Below, piece by piece: positions 27,320-39,499 of a stretch of DNA of 64,000 bases. How positions within the stretch are numbered: position 1 is the stretch's first letter; every line of letters starts with the position of its first letter. The translations under genes were made by a program, and so were the position numbers. The DNA is from Octopus bimaculoides (lineage: Eukaryota). The notes under the pieces were generated by a model, which saw nothing but the letters and a program-made list of their open reading frames with translations, searched no databases and had not been told where the DNA came from. The stretch is taken from positions 97,384,385-97,448,384 of the forward strand of contig NC_068986.1 in the NCBI RefSeq assembly GCF_001194135.2, in the 5' to 3' direction.

Positions 27320-27320
<1 letters not shown>
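27060..27320 (-). mobile_element. tRNA-derived SINE between two (TAA)n tracts
   Basis: Reverse strand GGGTGCATGGCATAG.. head and a TGTTCTTGTGGAAAACAATTCATCTCACGTTG core like 46455-46660. Confidence 0.6.
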
Positions 27321-27382
<62 letters not shown>

Positions 27383-27384
<2 letters not shown>

Positions 27385-28707
27385 ATCCTTAACTGGACAC
27401 TAAACGAACTATCTAAAATAGACAGAAAAAACAAGAAAAATAATGACAGGATATAGGATGCATCACCCAAAATCTGACATAGGAAGGCTATATATACAAC
27501 ACACAGAAGGTGGCAGGGGTCTTATACAGCTGGAAAACTATTATAAAATAACCACCATAGCACTGCAAAAATACCTACTCCAGAAGCAAGGAAAATTAAT
27601 ACANNNNNNNNNNNNNNNNNNNNNNNNNNNNNNNNNNNNNNNNNNNNNNNNNNNNNNNNNNNNNNNNNNNNNNNNNNNNNNNNNNNNNNNNNNNNNNNNN
27701 NNNNNNNNNNNNNNNNNNNNNNNNNNNNNNNNNNNNNNNNNNNNNNNNNNNNNNNNNNNNNNNNNNNNNNNNNNNNNNNNNNNNNNNNNNNNNNNNNNNN
27801 NNNNNNNNNNNNNNNNNNNNNNNNNNNNNNNNNNNNNNNNNNNNNNNNNNNNNNNNNNNNNNNNNNNNNNNNNNNNNNNNNNNNNNNNNNNNNNNNNNNN
27901 NNNNNNNNNNNNNNNNNNNNNNNNNNNNNNNNNNNNNNNNNNNNNNNNNNNNNNNNNNNNNNNNNNNNNNNNNNNNNNNNNNNNNNNNNNNNNNNNNNNN
28001 NNNNNNNNNNNNNNNNNNNNNNNNNNNNNNNNNNNNNNNNNNNNNNNNNNNNNNNNNNNNNNNNNNNNNNNNNNNNNNNNNNNNNNNNNNNNNNNNNNNN
28101 NNNNNNNNNNNNNNNNNNNNNNNNNNNNNNNNNNNNNNNNNNNNNNNNNNNNNNNNNNNNNNNNNNNNNNNNNNNNNNNNNNNNNNNNNNNNNNNNNNNN
28201 NNNNNNNNNNNNNNNNNNNNNNNNNNNNNNNNNNNNNNNNNNNNNNNNNNNNNNNNNNNNNNNNNNNNNNNNNNNNNNNNNNNNNNNNNNNNNNNNNNNN
28301 NNNNNNNNNNNNNNNNNNNNNNNNNNNNNNNNNNNNNNNNNNNNNNNNNNNNNNNNNNNNNNNNNNNNNNNNNNNNNNNNNNNNNNNNNNNNNNNNNNNN
28401 NNNNNNNNNNNNNNNNNNNNNNNNNNNNNNNNNNNNNNNNNNNNNNNNNNNNNNNGAAACAATTCCTATTATAGTAGGTGCCTTAGGTATAATAAAAAAT
28501 ATTCAGACAAATACATAACAAAAACACCAGGACTTACAAATATATATAACATACAGAAAATTGCACTACTTGGCAGAGCACACATCCTACGCAAAACACT
28601 TTCAATACAGTAACCATAAGAGCACCACAGCAAACCACAGCACATACCCAAGGCGCACAGAGCTGCGCTCGGTAGTGAAGTGAAAGCTCGTTATAAAAAT
28701 AAAACTA

Positions 28708-28710
<3 letters not shown>
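27383..28710 (+). mobile_element. Young 5'-truncated R4/Dong-like element (middle in gap 27604-28455), flanked by (TAA)n at 27323-27382 and 28711-28772
   Basis: ILNWTLNELSKIDRK..HHPKSDIGRLYIQHTEGGRGLIQLE before the gap; RLE C-terminus and conserved 3' UTR after it. Continuity across the gap is inferred. Confidence 0.88.
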
Positions 28711-28772
<62 letters not shown>

Positions 28773-30509
28773 GAATTACAAGGAGGGAAGAAACAAAGGA
28801 ATAATGTCATAAGCACGGCTGAAGTGAAAGAATAAGTGGGTAAAGTGCCTAACTGGGAAGGCCCCGGATCAGACTTTTGGCTGAAGCGATGCCACGCGGT
28901 GCATGAAATACTAGCAGCCCAATTGAATGAGTGCGTTCAGAAAGTACACTACCCGCGTGAATGGTGAGTGGGAGGACAAAACTTATAATGAAAGATAGAA
29001 TGAAAGATAAAAGAAAGGGGAATATTGTGGGGAAACTACCGCCCCTTATCATGCCTAAACATAATCTGGAAGATACTTACTGGAATATGTGCGACAGTGA
29101 CATATTCATTCCTGGCACAGGAAGAAATACTGCCAAGGGAAAAAAAGGATGTAGAAAGAGTTCTAAGTGTACTAAGGATCACCTGGTCATCGATAAAACA
29201 GTTTTGAGGCATTGTAAAAAAAGCATCATGCAAACATGTCTATGGCTTGGATTCACCTTAAGAAGGCATATGATATGATGCCTCATTCTTGGATCGTTGA
29301 ATTCTTGCAGATGTTTGGTGTTGCTGACAACATCGCAAATTTTCTGATGCATAGCACGAAAGAGTAGAAAACCAAATTATATTCAAGTAATGTATTCCTT
29401 GGAGAAGGTAATATTAAAAGGAGGAATCTTCCAAGGTGACCTGTTTCCTCCGTTACTATTTGTAATTGCACTAACATCCATAACAATGATACTTAGGAAT
29501 GTTAAGATGGGTTACCAATGTGGGAAGAAAGGCACATCATTGAACCATCTTCTGTTAATGGATTCAGCTAAAATTGGGAAATCTGAAAAACAGATAGATT
29601 CCTTAACCAAAACAGTCCAGAAGTGTGGTAGGGACTTCGGTATGGAATTTGAGATTACCAAATTGAAGAGAGCAGCCTGCAGAGGATTGCGGTTACCATC
29701 AGGAGAGAACATGGGTGAGCCCGAGGGTAGAGGGTATAGATATTGAAGGATGTTGGAGCTGCATGACATTCTACACAGAGGATGAAAATCATGGTCAGCG
29801 AGCCGTATAAAAAGAGGGTGAAGATGGTGTTGAAATCCAACCTGAATGCCAAAAATTTGATTACCGCAATAAATATCTGGTCAGTTGCGGTGGTCAGATA
29901 TAGTGCGTCTATCCTAAAATGGACTAAGGAGGAAATATCAACACTGAATAGAAGGACGAGAAGGTTGACGACGCTGCATGGGGAGCTACACCCTAAAGCA
30001 AAACGTAGACAGACTGTATATGTAAAGAAAGGATGGTGGCAGAGGACTAAGTACAGACCATCGTATAAGGAGTGAAAGGAGATCGCTTGCCGAGTATTTG
30101 ATAAATAATGATGAAGACCTGCTGCAGTATACTGCGAAATATATAGATGTAAATACAGATGGAATGATGGGCAAGGAAGAGTTTAACCAAAGACCCGAGG
30201 AGAAGAGAAAAGAAGACCTTCTTGAAATGGTCAGTATGAAAGGACAGTATGAAAGGAATACACAGGACGTTAAGGATAATAAAGCATCGTGGGCATGGCT
30301 TGGGTGAGGTGATTTGAAGCCTACCACCGAAAGCCTGATCATTGCTGAACAAGACCAGGCTCTCGCTACCAAGTCAGTGAAGTATAACATGTATAAAACT
30401 TCTGATACCCAGAATTGCGGGCTCTGTGGAAAGAGAGTGGAAAATGTGACCCACTTGGTAAGTGGATGTGCGAGGCTTGCACAAAAAGAATACAAGCGCC
30501 GCCACGATA

Positions 30510-30567
<58 letters not shown>

Positions 30568-31090
30568 ATCTTCATTTGTTCTTATGCCGTAAATACCAAT
30601 ATCAAACAACAGAGAACTGGTATGATCATGTACCAAATAAAGTTATGCCGGAGGATGGAAAAGTAACGACATGAATATTGTCATTTTGAATAAGAGAGAC
30701 AAATACTGTCAGATCATTGATTTAGCCATACCAAATAACATGAATGTTGTGAGTAAAGTGGTTGAAAAAAATCACCAAATACTCCGAATTGATAGTGGAA
30801 ATGACAAGACTGTATGGAGTGCGAGAGCGTAATGTAAAAGTGATTCTAGTGGTGATAAGAGCTTAAGGCAATCCCATGCAAGATTGATGTGTTGCAAAAA
30901 GCATCCTTATTGGGCACAGCACCCATCTTAAGGAAAGTATTATCTGTCTGAGGTCCTTGTGACTTGACAGATGACTAAAGACTCCGGTGCATTTGTACCT
31001 ACACTGTAATGTCATTTTCTGTTAGTGTGACGCTTACAATCAACCCATATTCTACCGTGAAGATAAGCGGACGCAGGAAGAATCATCACC
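28773..31090 (+). mobile_element. Decayed R4/Dong-like element covering RT, CCHC knuckle and RLE
   Basis: NYRPLSCLNIIWKILTG, DHLVIDK, KKAYDMMPHSWI, GIFQGDLFPPLLF, LNHLLLMD, LHGELHPK, SLIIAEQDQAL, CGLCGKRVENVTHLVSGC..EYKRRHDKV, IIDLAIP; several stops and frameshifts. Confidence 0.93.
30512..30562. repeat. (GT)n microsatellite inside the LINE ORF
   Basis: Interrupts HDKV|..YLH. Confidence 0.95.
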
Positions 31091-32024
31091 ATCATTGTCC
31101 CTTACTCTTACGTCAGGTCATCTATTTTCGCACTAATCTGAAGTAGGTGTATGACGCATTAATTAGGCTTCCATTTGTGCCTTTTCAGGTACTCAGATTT
31201 GGATGCAGAAATAGAATTATGTAATTTTCTGTCTTGCCTGATCCTTGCTAAATCTATTATGATAATAGGATTTCTCTCTTGTAACAAAATGTGGTCACAT
31301 TTGTTTGGTTTGACTGGGCTTATGAGTAGCTTTATCGTTAGCTTGTAATAATTATTACAAGTTAGCAGTGCTTTGTTAATATCGTATAAACTTGCGCCAT
31401 TGTTGCCGGTATATCTTTATAAAGTGCAGGTTAACATTCTTTTGGTCAAGTTGTGACTGTATACATTTGTTTCATTCGGCTTCTTTTTCATCATCCTTTA
31501 AAATTCTGTTTGTCAGTCTTAAAAGTTTCTTTCGTCTACTCGATAATTCTATTTTTCCTTCGGGTCATATCTAGTACTATTTTCTATATTGTTAGTGCCT
31601 CTTACCATTTCTTCAGTAGAAGCTATATTGAATTAAATATAAACACAAACTTTTCTTCAAAAAAACTAGATGTCTACAAGGCAGACCTATATTAAGAGTA
31701 AATATACTCTTTCTATGTGAGATTTTCAGTGGTATCTTCTAAATACTATAATTTCTTTCCTTGTTTTTCCATCTAGTCTTGATACTTCAATTAACATTTG
31801 AGAGTATTATAACTAAATTACCACTAAGACAGCTAAAATATTACTTCCTTTTTTTTTGTCTCTACTCTTCTTTTGTTTAAGTATTCATCTATTGCGTCTA
31901 TAATATTTCTTCCTATATTTTATTTTCATTTAAGTTTTTTGTTCGCTATTTATTTCATTGTTTCTTCTGATTTCTGAAGTTGTGTTTTGCCCAGTTTTCT
32001 TATCTCAGTTCTTTTATTATCTCG

Positions 32025-32026
32025 TA

Positions 32027-32099
<73 letters not shown>

Positions 32100-32123
32100 A
32101 ACAACAGCAAGAACAACAACAGC

Positions 32124-32157
<34 letters not shown>

Positions 32158-32159
32158 CC

Positions 32160-32201
<42 letters not shown>

Positions 32202-32202
32202 A
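32025..32202. repeat. Compound (ATT)n(CAA)n microsatellite
   Basis: Directly visible. Confidence 0.95.
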
Positions 32203-32326
32203 ATTGGTATTCCTCTCTCTAAGGTTGTCTTGGTGCATTTTAAAATCTGAGTCTAGTATCAATTCCTCTCGTGAATTTGGGTTTAGTCTACACTAATGTT
32301 TCTTGTTGTTCTAAATCACCGTAGAT

Positions 32327-32527
32327 AAACCAAATGAAATAAAAGAATTAGACCAAAGCCAGACAAACAAATATTTAGGAATCAATGAACTAGATGCGAT
32401 ACAGCACACACAAATGAATGAGGAAATAAAAAAAGAATACTATAGACGGGTTAGATTAATACTGAAAACAGAGCTCAATGCCAAAAGCAAGATAATAGGT
32501 ATCAACACTTTAGCCGTCCCAGTTATA
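32327..32527 (+). mobile_element. Internal fragment of a different R4/Dong-like element nested in the old minus-strand copy
   Basis: NEIKELDQSQTNKYLGINE..IKKEYYRRVRLILKTELNAKSKIIGINTLAVPVIS, an open and well-preserved frame. Confidence 0.85.
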
Positions 32528-35500
32528 AGTCTATCCATGTACAACAGATGTGTAATTTGTCTTATTCATATCATTTTCCAGTCCGGTGTAATATATTAGT
32601 TAAAATTTCAGCACCACACAGGAACAGAGGTGGGAAAAGGGGAGGCTCCCGGTATATTTCTACTGGAATGAAAATAGGGTAAGTTTTTATAATACCACCG
32701 TTTGTCTGTGGCTGGTGAAGTGTTTGTTGTTTAATCATAGCGTGTTGATCGGGTTCATGTGTTGATCGCATCAAAAGAATTCTGGTAATGAATCCATGCG
32801 ATGTTCAGACGGTTCTTTCTCCCACAATGCTCGCTTAGGATCATTCCCTAATTGATCGTTATAGTTAAATGAGCTTTGCAGCCTCCATTCTGCTTTTCTA
32901 CAAACACGTAACTTTATGCTTTCTGACTCTACGTTATTTGTAGAGTTGCAGCTCTGTAGGTTTACAAAGATAAACTACGGATCTGTATATTTAATTCTGT
33001 TATTTATTTTGTTTTGGGCATTAAGGTATTTTGGGGTTTTCTACATTCCCTGGTAATCCACGTTCTTTTGCGCTGGAGTTGAAAAACAATTTCATCCAGT
33101 TGTTTAATGATTGTGTCCATTGATCTCCAGAATTTCCTTAGAAATAAAATCTTTCCTCTCCTACTTTTTTCAGCTTCACTTGCTGGTGGTGTTGAATTTA
33201 TTCCTGTCTTATTTTTGTATTCGTACGAAGAACTTGAAGAAACCGTTTGTGTTGAGTTGAGTTGAAAAGAAACCGTTTGAGTTGAGTTCTGTTTTGTTCA
33301 AAAATTGCTATCAGTTTTTATACCACCAGATTCATCACGGTTTAATTACTGACTTCTCCTATTCAGGATTTTCTTTTTAGTATGTTATTTTTCTGTAGTA
33401 TTCGTATCTACTTCGTTCTATCAGTTGTGTAGTATGATATCTAATTCAGAGATATTTTTCTGTAGGTTTATTTTCATGCTGTGTTTTCGACATTCTTATT
33501 TCCATTCGAGTCCCCATTTTCTTTTTGAAACCGCGGTTGCTCCTTCATATCTTACTCCACTTAAATTGCTGATTTTAATAATTGTATTTGTTTCCCTGAA
33601 ATCTATGATGTTCAGTTTTGAACTTTTTAAGTTGTTGCTCTTTTATAAACCTAAGATGATCTTTGATAGTATGTAGGAATATCTATTGTTTTCTTTCTTT
33701 CTTTATTTTTATCATTTGATTCCACCTTTTAAAATAAATTTTCCTTATATTTTCCGAATATTCTATTTCATAAATACTTTTATTTGTGCTGTTATGGTTT
33801 AGTTTTTATTGTATAGTATTCTTTAGGTTTTCACAGGTTTGGTGCGTTGTGTTATTCATTTGTTTTGCACATGCTGAGACTGTCTTAGTGACTTACATAC
33901 AGAATGTTTTCATGGCTAATGTTTCCTCTCTGTTCTTATATCATTTTGTATTTATGTTCTTAACTTTAGGTCCGAGCTATTTCTCCTTCAAATATATTTT
34001 TTACATTAAGAATTAAGAGAACGGTGGACGTTAATTTCAGTAATTTTCTCGCCTATTAAACGAACCACAGAGATATTTGTAAATGTTTACATTTTGTTGT
34101 ATGCATTCCGGTAAAAAAACAAAAAAACAGTTCATGTCAACAAAACCACGCCCTAAAGCAGGCTAAAATTTTGATTTTTGCACGTAAGAAATACATAGCA
34201 ACAGAAAACGAAAGTAAACAAAGTCATTATTAAATAAAATATTACGTGAAAACTAAAAAAATAATTTCAGAGTTCTTAGCATGTATGATAGCGATATGAA
34301 AGACTCGCTACACAAAAGTAACAACGCTCACGTGCACGCACACTTGTTACCAAGTTTTTAAAATCTTTTCACGTCGCGCATCACAGGCCGAATTCAAACC
34401 TCGCCTGCGTCTTCTCAACAAGAACTACATCATCAGCAACAGCAACGACTACAAAAGCATCGTCAACAATAACAAAATAAAACCACACTGAACAAGAAAA
34501 TTACCCATGCACTTAGACTGTCTCTAGCGTAATATTTTTTAATATACACAAAGCTCCATCTTAAAGGGACCAGTAGCAGAGATGTATCCATAATGATTCC
34601 ATCTTCTACCTTTAAAACATTTATCGGTGGGAAACTAACCTGCCTTTGTCTCATGAAGGGGTGGTGGTGCGTGTTCTCGAAGGAATGGTTAAATGAAGCC
34701 CTGGTTTATGTATTGTATAACATCTTGTTCACAAATAAGATGAAATTTTACCATCTGTATATTCTTCGAGACCTGGTACGAGGCATGTCGATAGGCAGAT
34801 ATTTTGTGTGTAGCAGCATTTCAGAAGTTTCTGCTGAAGTACATGATGTAGCATAATACAAGTATGTTTCTCTCGTGATTTGTGGTGTAAATAACGAGGA
34901 ATGACATATGGAAATAGCAGTCATTAATTTCCACTAGGATCATATCAGGACCGTGCTCAGTTGAAAGAACAGAAATGAAGGAAAACAGAGCGGACAACAA
35001 TCTATTGGAATTTAGGTTTGTAGCAAGACCTATCTGAGGTGTATTTTGTTCTTGAAGAACTGAAGAAATGTATGACAATAGAAATCGGTGAAAGACCTCC
35101 CAACTGTAGTTACAAATCTCCAGAGAACTGACAGTTATAGCATCAGAGATGGCTGAAGAGGTCATAGGTCCCCTTGTTTTATGAATCAGTAGTACCACTT
35201 TCGTGAAGAGAGTGAGGAGGAGGAGCGAGAAGGAGAAATCACCATTGAAAATATAAGAGAAAAGGAAAATCTTCACAAATAAGAAGTATGCGTTTCAAAA
35301 GAAGCAGGCTGAAAAGACTAAGAATCTCTGTACTGTAAAAAATTGTCATGGAGTCTCTACTGGCGCTGCTGAAGAGCAGAGAGATGACCACGACATATAT
35401 CCTTCCAAGTATGAAAGTTAATATTTACGAAAAATAATTTAAGAGGGGTTATAGACATACAATAAAGCGACTGTTAATATCCAACCAAGTATTAAAATAT

Positions 35501-35699
35501 ACCTTGATTACGTATTGCATGTTTTCGTGTACATATATACTAAATCATTATCTAAATTCTATTTAGAGTCTTTAGCGTTCTCTCTCTTTTATATTTCTAT
35601 TACATTGTTTGTCTTCCCTACATGTTTTTGATGTTTATTGTACCGAATGTTATGTGCGATCTCTTTGTGATAAAAAACCGTTTATTATCATTATTATTT

Positions 35700-36830
35700 T
35701 TCTTTCCTCAAATTTTCTTCCATTTCTCACTGAGTGTTTTCCGTACACCTAGGGCAGAGAAGCTCATTGTATGCATTCCCAGTGTACACACGTAAATTCA
35801 CAGGTAAAATACGTAAGTAAAAAAAATTAATAAATAAATAAATTCCTAAATGGATGTTGTTTTCACAGCGATAATGCTCTTCTCAGTACATGAGTCGTTC
35901 CAGTTAACACGATTTTTTGCACTTCCTGTACGGACAGTAAGCCTGTTATCATTTTCATATAGTTTTCAGTACCTGTCTTTTTACATCATTCCTAGAGATC
36001 CTACAATCACTGGTACGGTAGTCGCCATGAGGTGCCACATTTTTTCAATTTCTATTAGCAAGTCTTTATATATACTGATCTTGTCAAATTCTTTCGCCGC
36101 TATATTGTGATCGCAATGAATACTCATCTCAATTAATAAACACATCATTTTTGTTTGATCTTTTTTTATAATAATATCCGGTTTATTAGCTTTTATAGTT
36201 TTGTCGGTATGTACGGGGAAGTCCCAGAGAATCGACACATTTTATCCTTCAGTCACAGCTTCAGGATGGTGTTTATACCATTTGTCAGCGGTTTTGATTT
36301 TATAATGCTGACATATTGTCCAGTGTAAATACTGGCCAACTTTGTCATGTCTTGTTTTATATTCTACAGGTGCTAAGACTCTACACCCTGAGATTAGGTG
36401 GTCTATAGTTTCAATCGCATCGTTACAAAATCGGCATTTTGGGTCAGCTCCATTTTTTATCACATTGGCTTGGTAGTTCCGGGTTAATAAGCTTTGGTCT
36501 TGAGCAGCCAATATGAAACCTTCACTCTCTGCTTTTAGCCCTGAACTTCGTAACCACTGATGCGTGCGTTTCTGGTCGACATCAGCTTGTTTGCTACGAG
36601 CCACATACTTGCCATGCAGAGGTTTCTGTTCCCATCTACTAGCTAGTTTTTCATGTGCTTTTGTCTTTGCAATTAATTTTATTTTCTTTCCAGCAGCAGT
36701 TGGCGCATTTCCTTCAACAAAATCAATCTGGTAGGTATCTAAGAGATCAGTAGCGAATTTCTTGCTTCTCTTTCAGAATAGAGTGATTTTGTTTCGGTTT
36801 TTCATGATTTCCAACAAGTTTTAGCATCTT
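35700..36830 (-). mobile_element. 5'-truncated R4/Dong-like element (CCHC plus RLE), TAA-like tracts at both ends
   Basis: ORFs 36242-36604 (GLKAESEGFILAAQDQSL..CRFCNDAIETIDHLISGC..RHD) and 35981-36238 (ILWDFPVHTDKTIKANKPDII..KYK-like..VPVIVGSLG). Confidence 0.93.
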
Positions 36831-36929
36831 TATTATTATTATTATTATTATCATTATTACCAAGTGAGAGAGCAATGCATGCCAACAAACTGACATAGGG
36901 CTAAAATATACGAAACCCAATATAACTAT

Positions 36930-37286
36930 CATGACTACCCTTCTGGTAAGGGTACACTAGACACATGCATCACAACCATATGGGCACTACACGGTGATCT
37001 CATATAAAAATAAGAAGCATATAACCTCTTCGGGTAGAGAGGCCCATCCCGCTGAAAAGATCACCGAATAAAGGTTGTTTAAAGCTGTTGAACGAAACAC
37101 TCGTGTTTCCAGAGGTAAATTATTCAAACCCCAAAGAATACCTCTGATGCTCTCCCACTACTCATGATCGGAGATGCACATATTGTTAGCCACCAAAGGG
37201 CACGCTCAACTGGTTAAGGTCAAACAACTTACAAGCAAATCTGTGGTATGGAACAGAATATTTGTTGTAGCCCATCTTTTGTACGA

Positions 37287-37290
<4 letters not shown>
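36930..37290. mobile_element. Interspersed repeat, unclassified SINE-like
   Basis: GC-richer non-coding block between microsatellites. It resembles a common cephalopod repeat from recollection only; no second copy in the window. Confidence 0.35.
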
Positions 37291-37317
<27 letters not shown>

Positions 37318-37318
37318 T

Positions 37319-37372
<54 letters not shown>
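37291..37372. repeat. Compound (ATT)n(GTT)n microsatellite
   Basis: Directly visible. Confidence 0.95.
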
Positions 37373-38052
37373 ATTATTAGATGCTACTTTAGTTAGCAGT
37401 GATACTATCTTGAGATTTGGTGATAAAATGTGTCCTTAGATCTCAAGATTTTTTCTTGGAATCCTTGCAAACAAAATGGATGGCATTTTCCAGCAGATTG
37501 ACAAGGAATGACCAATAACCCTCAGTCTGTCACATAGCCGTGTTTGTACGCGCGCGCGCGCGGTAAACCAAATTCATTAATTACCACAGGAACTTTTCAA
37601 AATCACTGCAGCTAGGATTTGGTATTTCTGAATTTTCCGTATTTCAATCTTATTCACTCTCTTACCATATGGTTTTGAAATGTTTATAATCTATAATCTT
37701 ACACTGTTTGTCTATGATCTTATACTGTTTGTTTGTCGTCTACAATCATATCTAGTCTTTGTAGAGTAATCTCATTAAATCCTCTAATTATCAGTCAACA
37801 TTACAGCATATCGTTCGTTTTCCTACCATTTTTCTATTATCTTGAATCCCCATATTCTGCTAGCATCTCAATGCATTCTGTTACCGAGGGGCCTGTTACA
37901 CCTCGGCTTATGCCCTTTTTGGTCTTGCCTACTACATAAATTTAAGGGATAGTTAAGAATTTTGTCTCCTTGCCCTGCGTTTGTTCACTGATTGAATTTC
38001 ATCGGTCTGGTTTTCTATCAAGTTTGTCCCAATGACTTGTCCCTGAGTAGCT

Positions 38053-38096
<44 letters not shown>

Positions 38097-38419
38097 AATT
38101 ATTAAAATTAAAATACAATAAAAATTTAATACAGTAATGCTAATAATGATATAATGAAAAAATACTGCATTTCCGGCGTCGAAGACGCTTCGTCCGCGAG
38201 GGCGCACTCTAGAAAATAATAAAGATAAAAATAAAGTCCCGGCACTTCGGGTTTTGTTACATTTACAGATGCAGTGAATAAACAAAAAATGATTCACTGT
38301 AACTTACAGCACGCCACTTAAAATGTTCCTATAATTTATTTTGGCTGTTCGTCTAACACATATTTGCATTATCACTTATGTTGGGTATCCGTGACTGTCT
38401 CCCGTTGTGATTCCACACT

Positions 38420-38540
38420 CGCATCTGTAAAACTAACAATAGGTAGCACTCACCTACTTTACCAATTTGTTTTGTGGCACCGTCAGTACAGAGACATAGT
38501 ATGGTAAGTTTACTATCAAAGTCTACGCCTACCGTTATGT
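38420..38540 (-). mobile_element. Possible hAT (Charlie-like) transposase sliver
   Basis: GVDFDSKLTILCLCTDGATKQIG resembles the ..W.KL..ICTDGAP.M.G hAT motif (CTDGA at 38476-38490); only one motif. Confidence 0.3.
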
Positions 38541-39499
38541 ACCCATTGTAATGCACTAACTACACTACAACGGGGATGTATTCAATGAGAGGGATAGGAG
38601 GAAATGCCACCCCACCACCATCACCAACCGAGAAACTTTTCAAATTTGACTGTTTTGTTTAAATATGTATGAAAGAAAGCATATTTTTGTACTACCAACA
38701 ACCCTTGAAGGGATTAGTATAATTTTTTTTCAGTATCTCTGAACATATTACACTATCATTTCATTGAACAATTTCAATGAACCAGACCTCAGATCCACCC
38801 CTCACCAGAAATTTCTGGATCCACTCCTGCACTACGATTCTCCAATTCGACTACTCCCTGCTCGGCTCAGCAGTGATTTTTTTATCTTCATGTGTTTCAT
38901 CAGAAAGGTTTTTGGCCAATAGTGTCTCAGTTCATGCAAGTGGACGGGGCAACCGCTGGTGCAGTATTTTAAGATTTTGTAGTATTGGATGTAGACTTAT
39001 GCAATACTTCTTTTTATTCCAGACAAAAGAAAAACTAAACTTCACAATAGGAAAATTATTGTGTGAAATACGGAATAACATTTTATTGAACGGTTACACT
39101 TTTAAAGATTCCACATGAAGATGACATCCCAAAGAGAATAAAGTAAAAATAAAATAAAGATTACATTAAAATCTACACAACAAAAAAACATTTCAATCAT
39201 AAAATCCTGAAAATATTTCCCTTATTGTTACCATTTATAGAAGTACCACACAGACATAACATCACATGGAACAAAATAAATACAGAACATATTAATATCT
39301 GTATAGTTGAAATATAAAAAATCAGAAAACATATTTCAATCTTCAAATCCTGAAAATATCTCGCGTTATTACCGTTTGTAAACATTTTTGACGGACATGA
39401 CAAAACAAACGTTACAATTAAATTACAATAGAAAGAAGATTAAAAATTGTGCAAATATTAAACGTACGAATTTCAGGAAAATATTTCATTCTTCAAATT

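Larger units (their letters stand above)
31100..34020 (-). mobile_element. Old, heavily decayed R4/Dong-like element, interrupted twice
   Basis: Minus-strand motifs in the correct order: LNIAWIHYQNSFDAI (~32800), ITHLLYMD (~32540), KCTKTTLERG (~32220), EIIKEL (~32010), SRLDGKTRK..H*KSHIERVY (~31750), EYLKRH (~31180). Confidence 0.75.

Noticed and set aside
34821-35276. 151-aa hydrophobic minus-strand ORF resembling a membrane protein or an EEP-like PDMILVE motif
   Set aside because: It is the antisense of purine-rich DNA, which generates Leu/Phe/Ser-rich reads. There is no convincing motif series or splice context.
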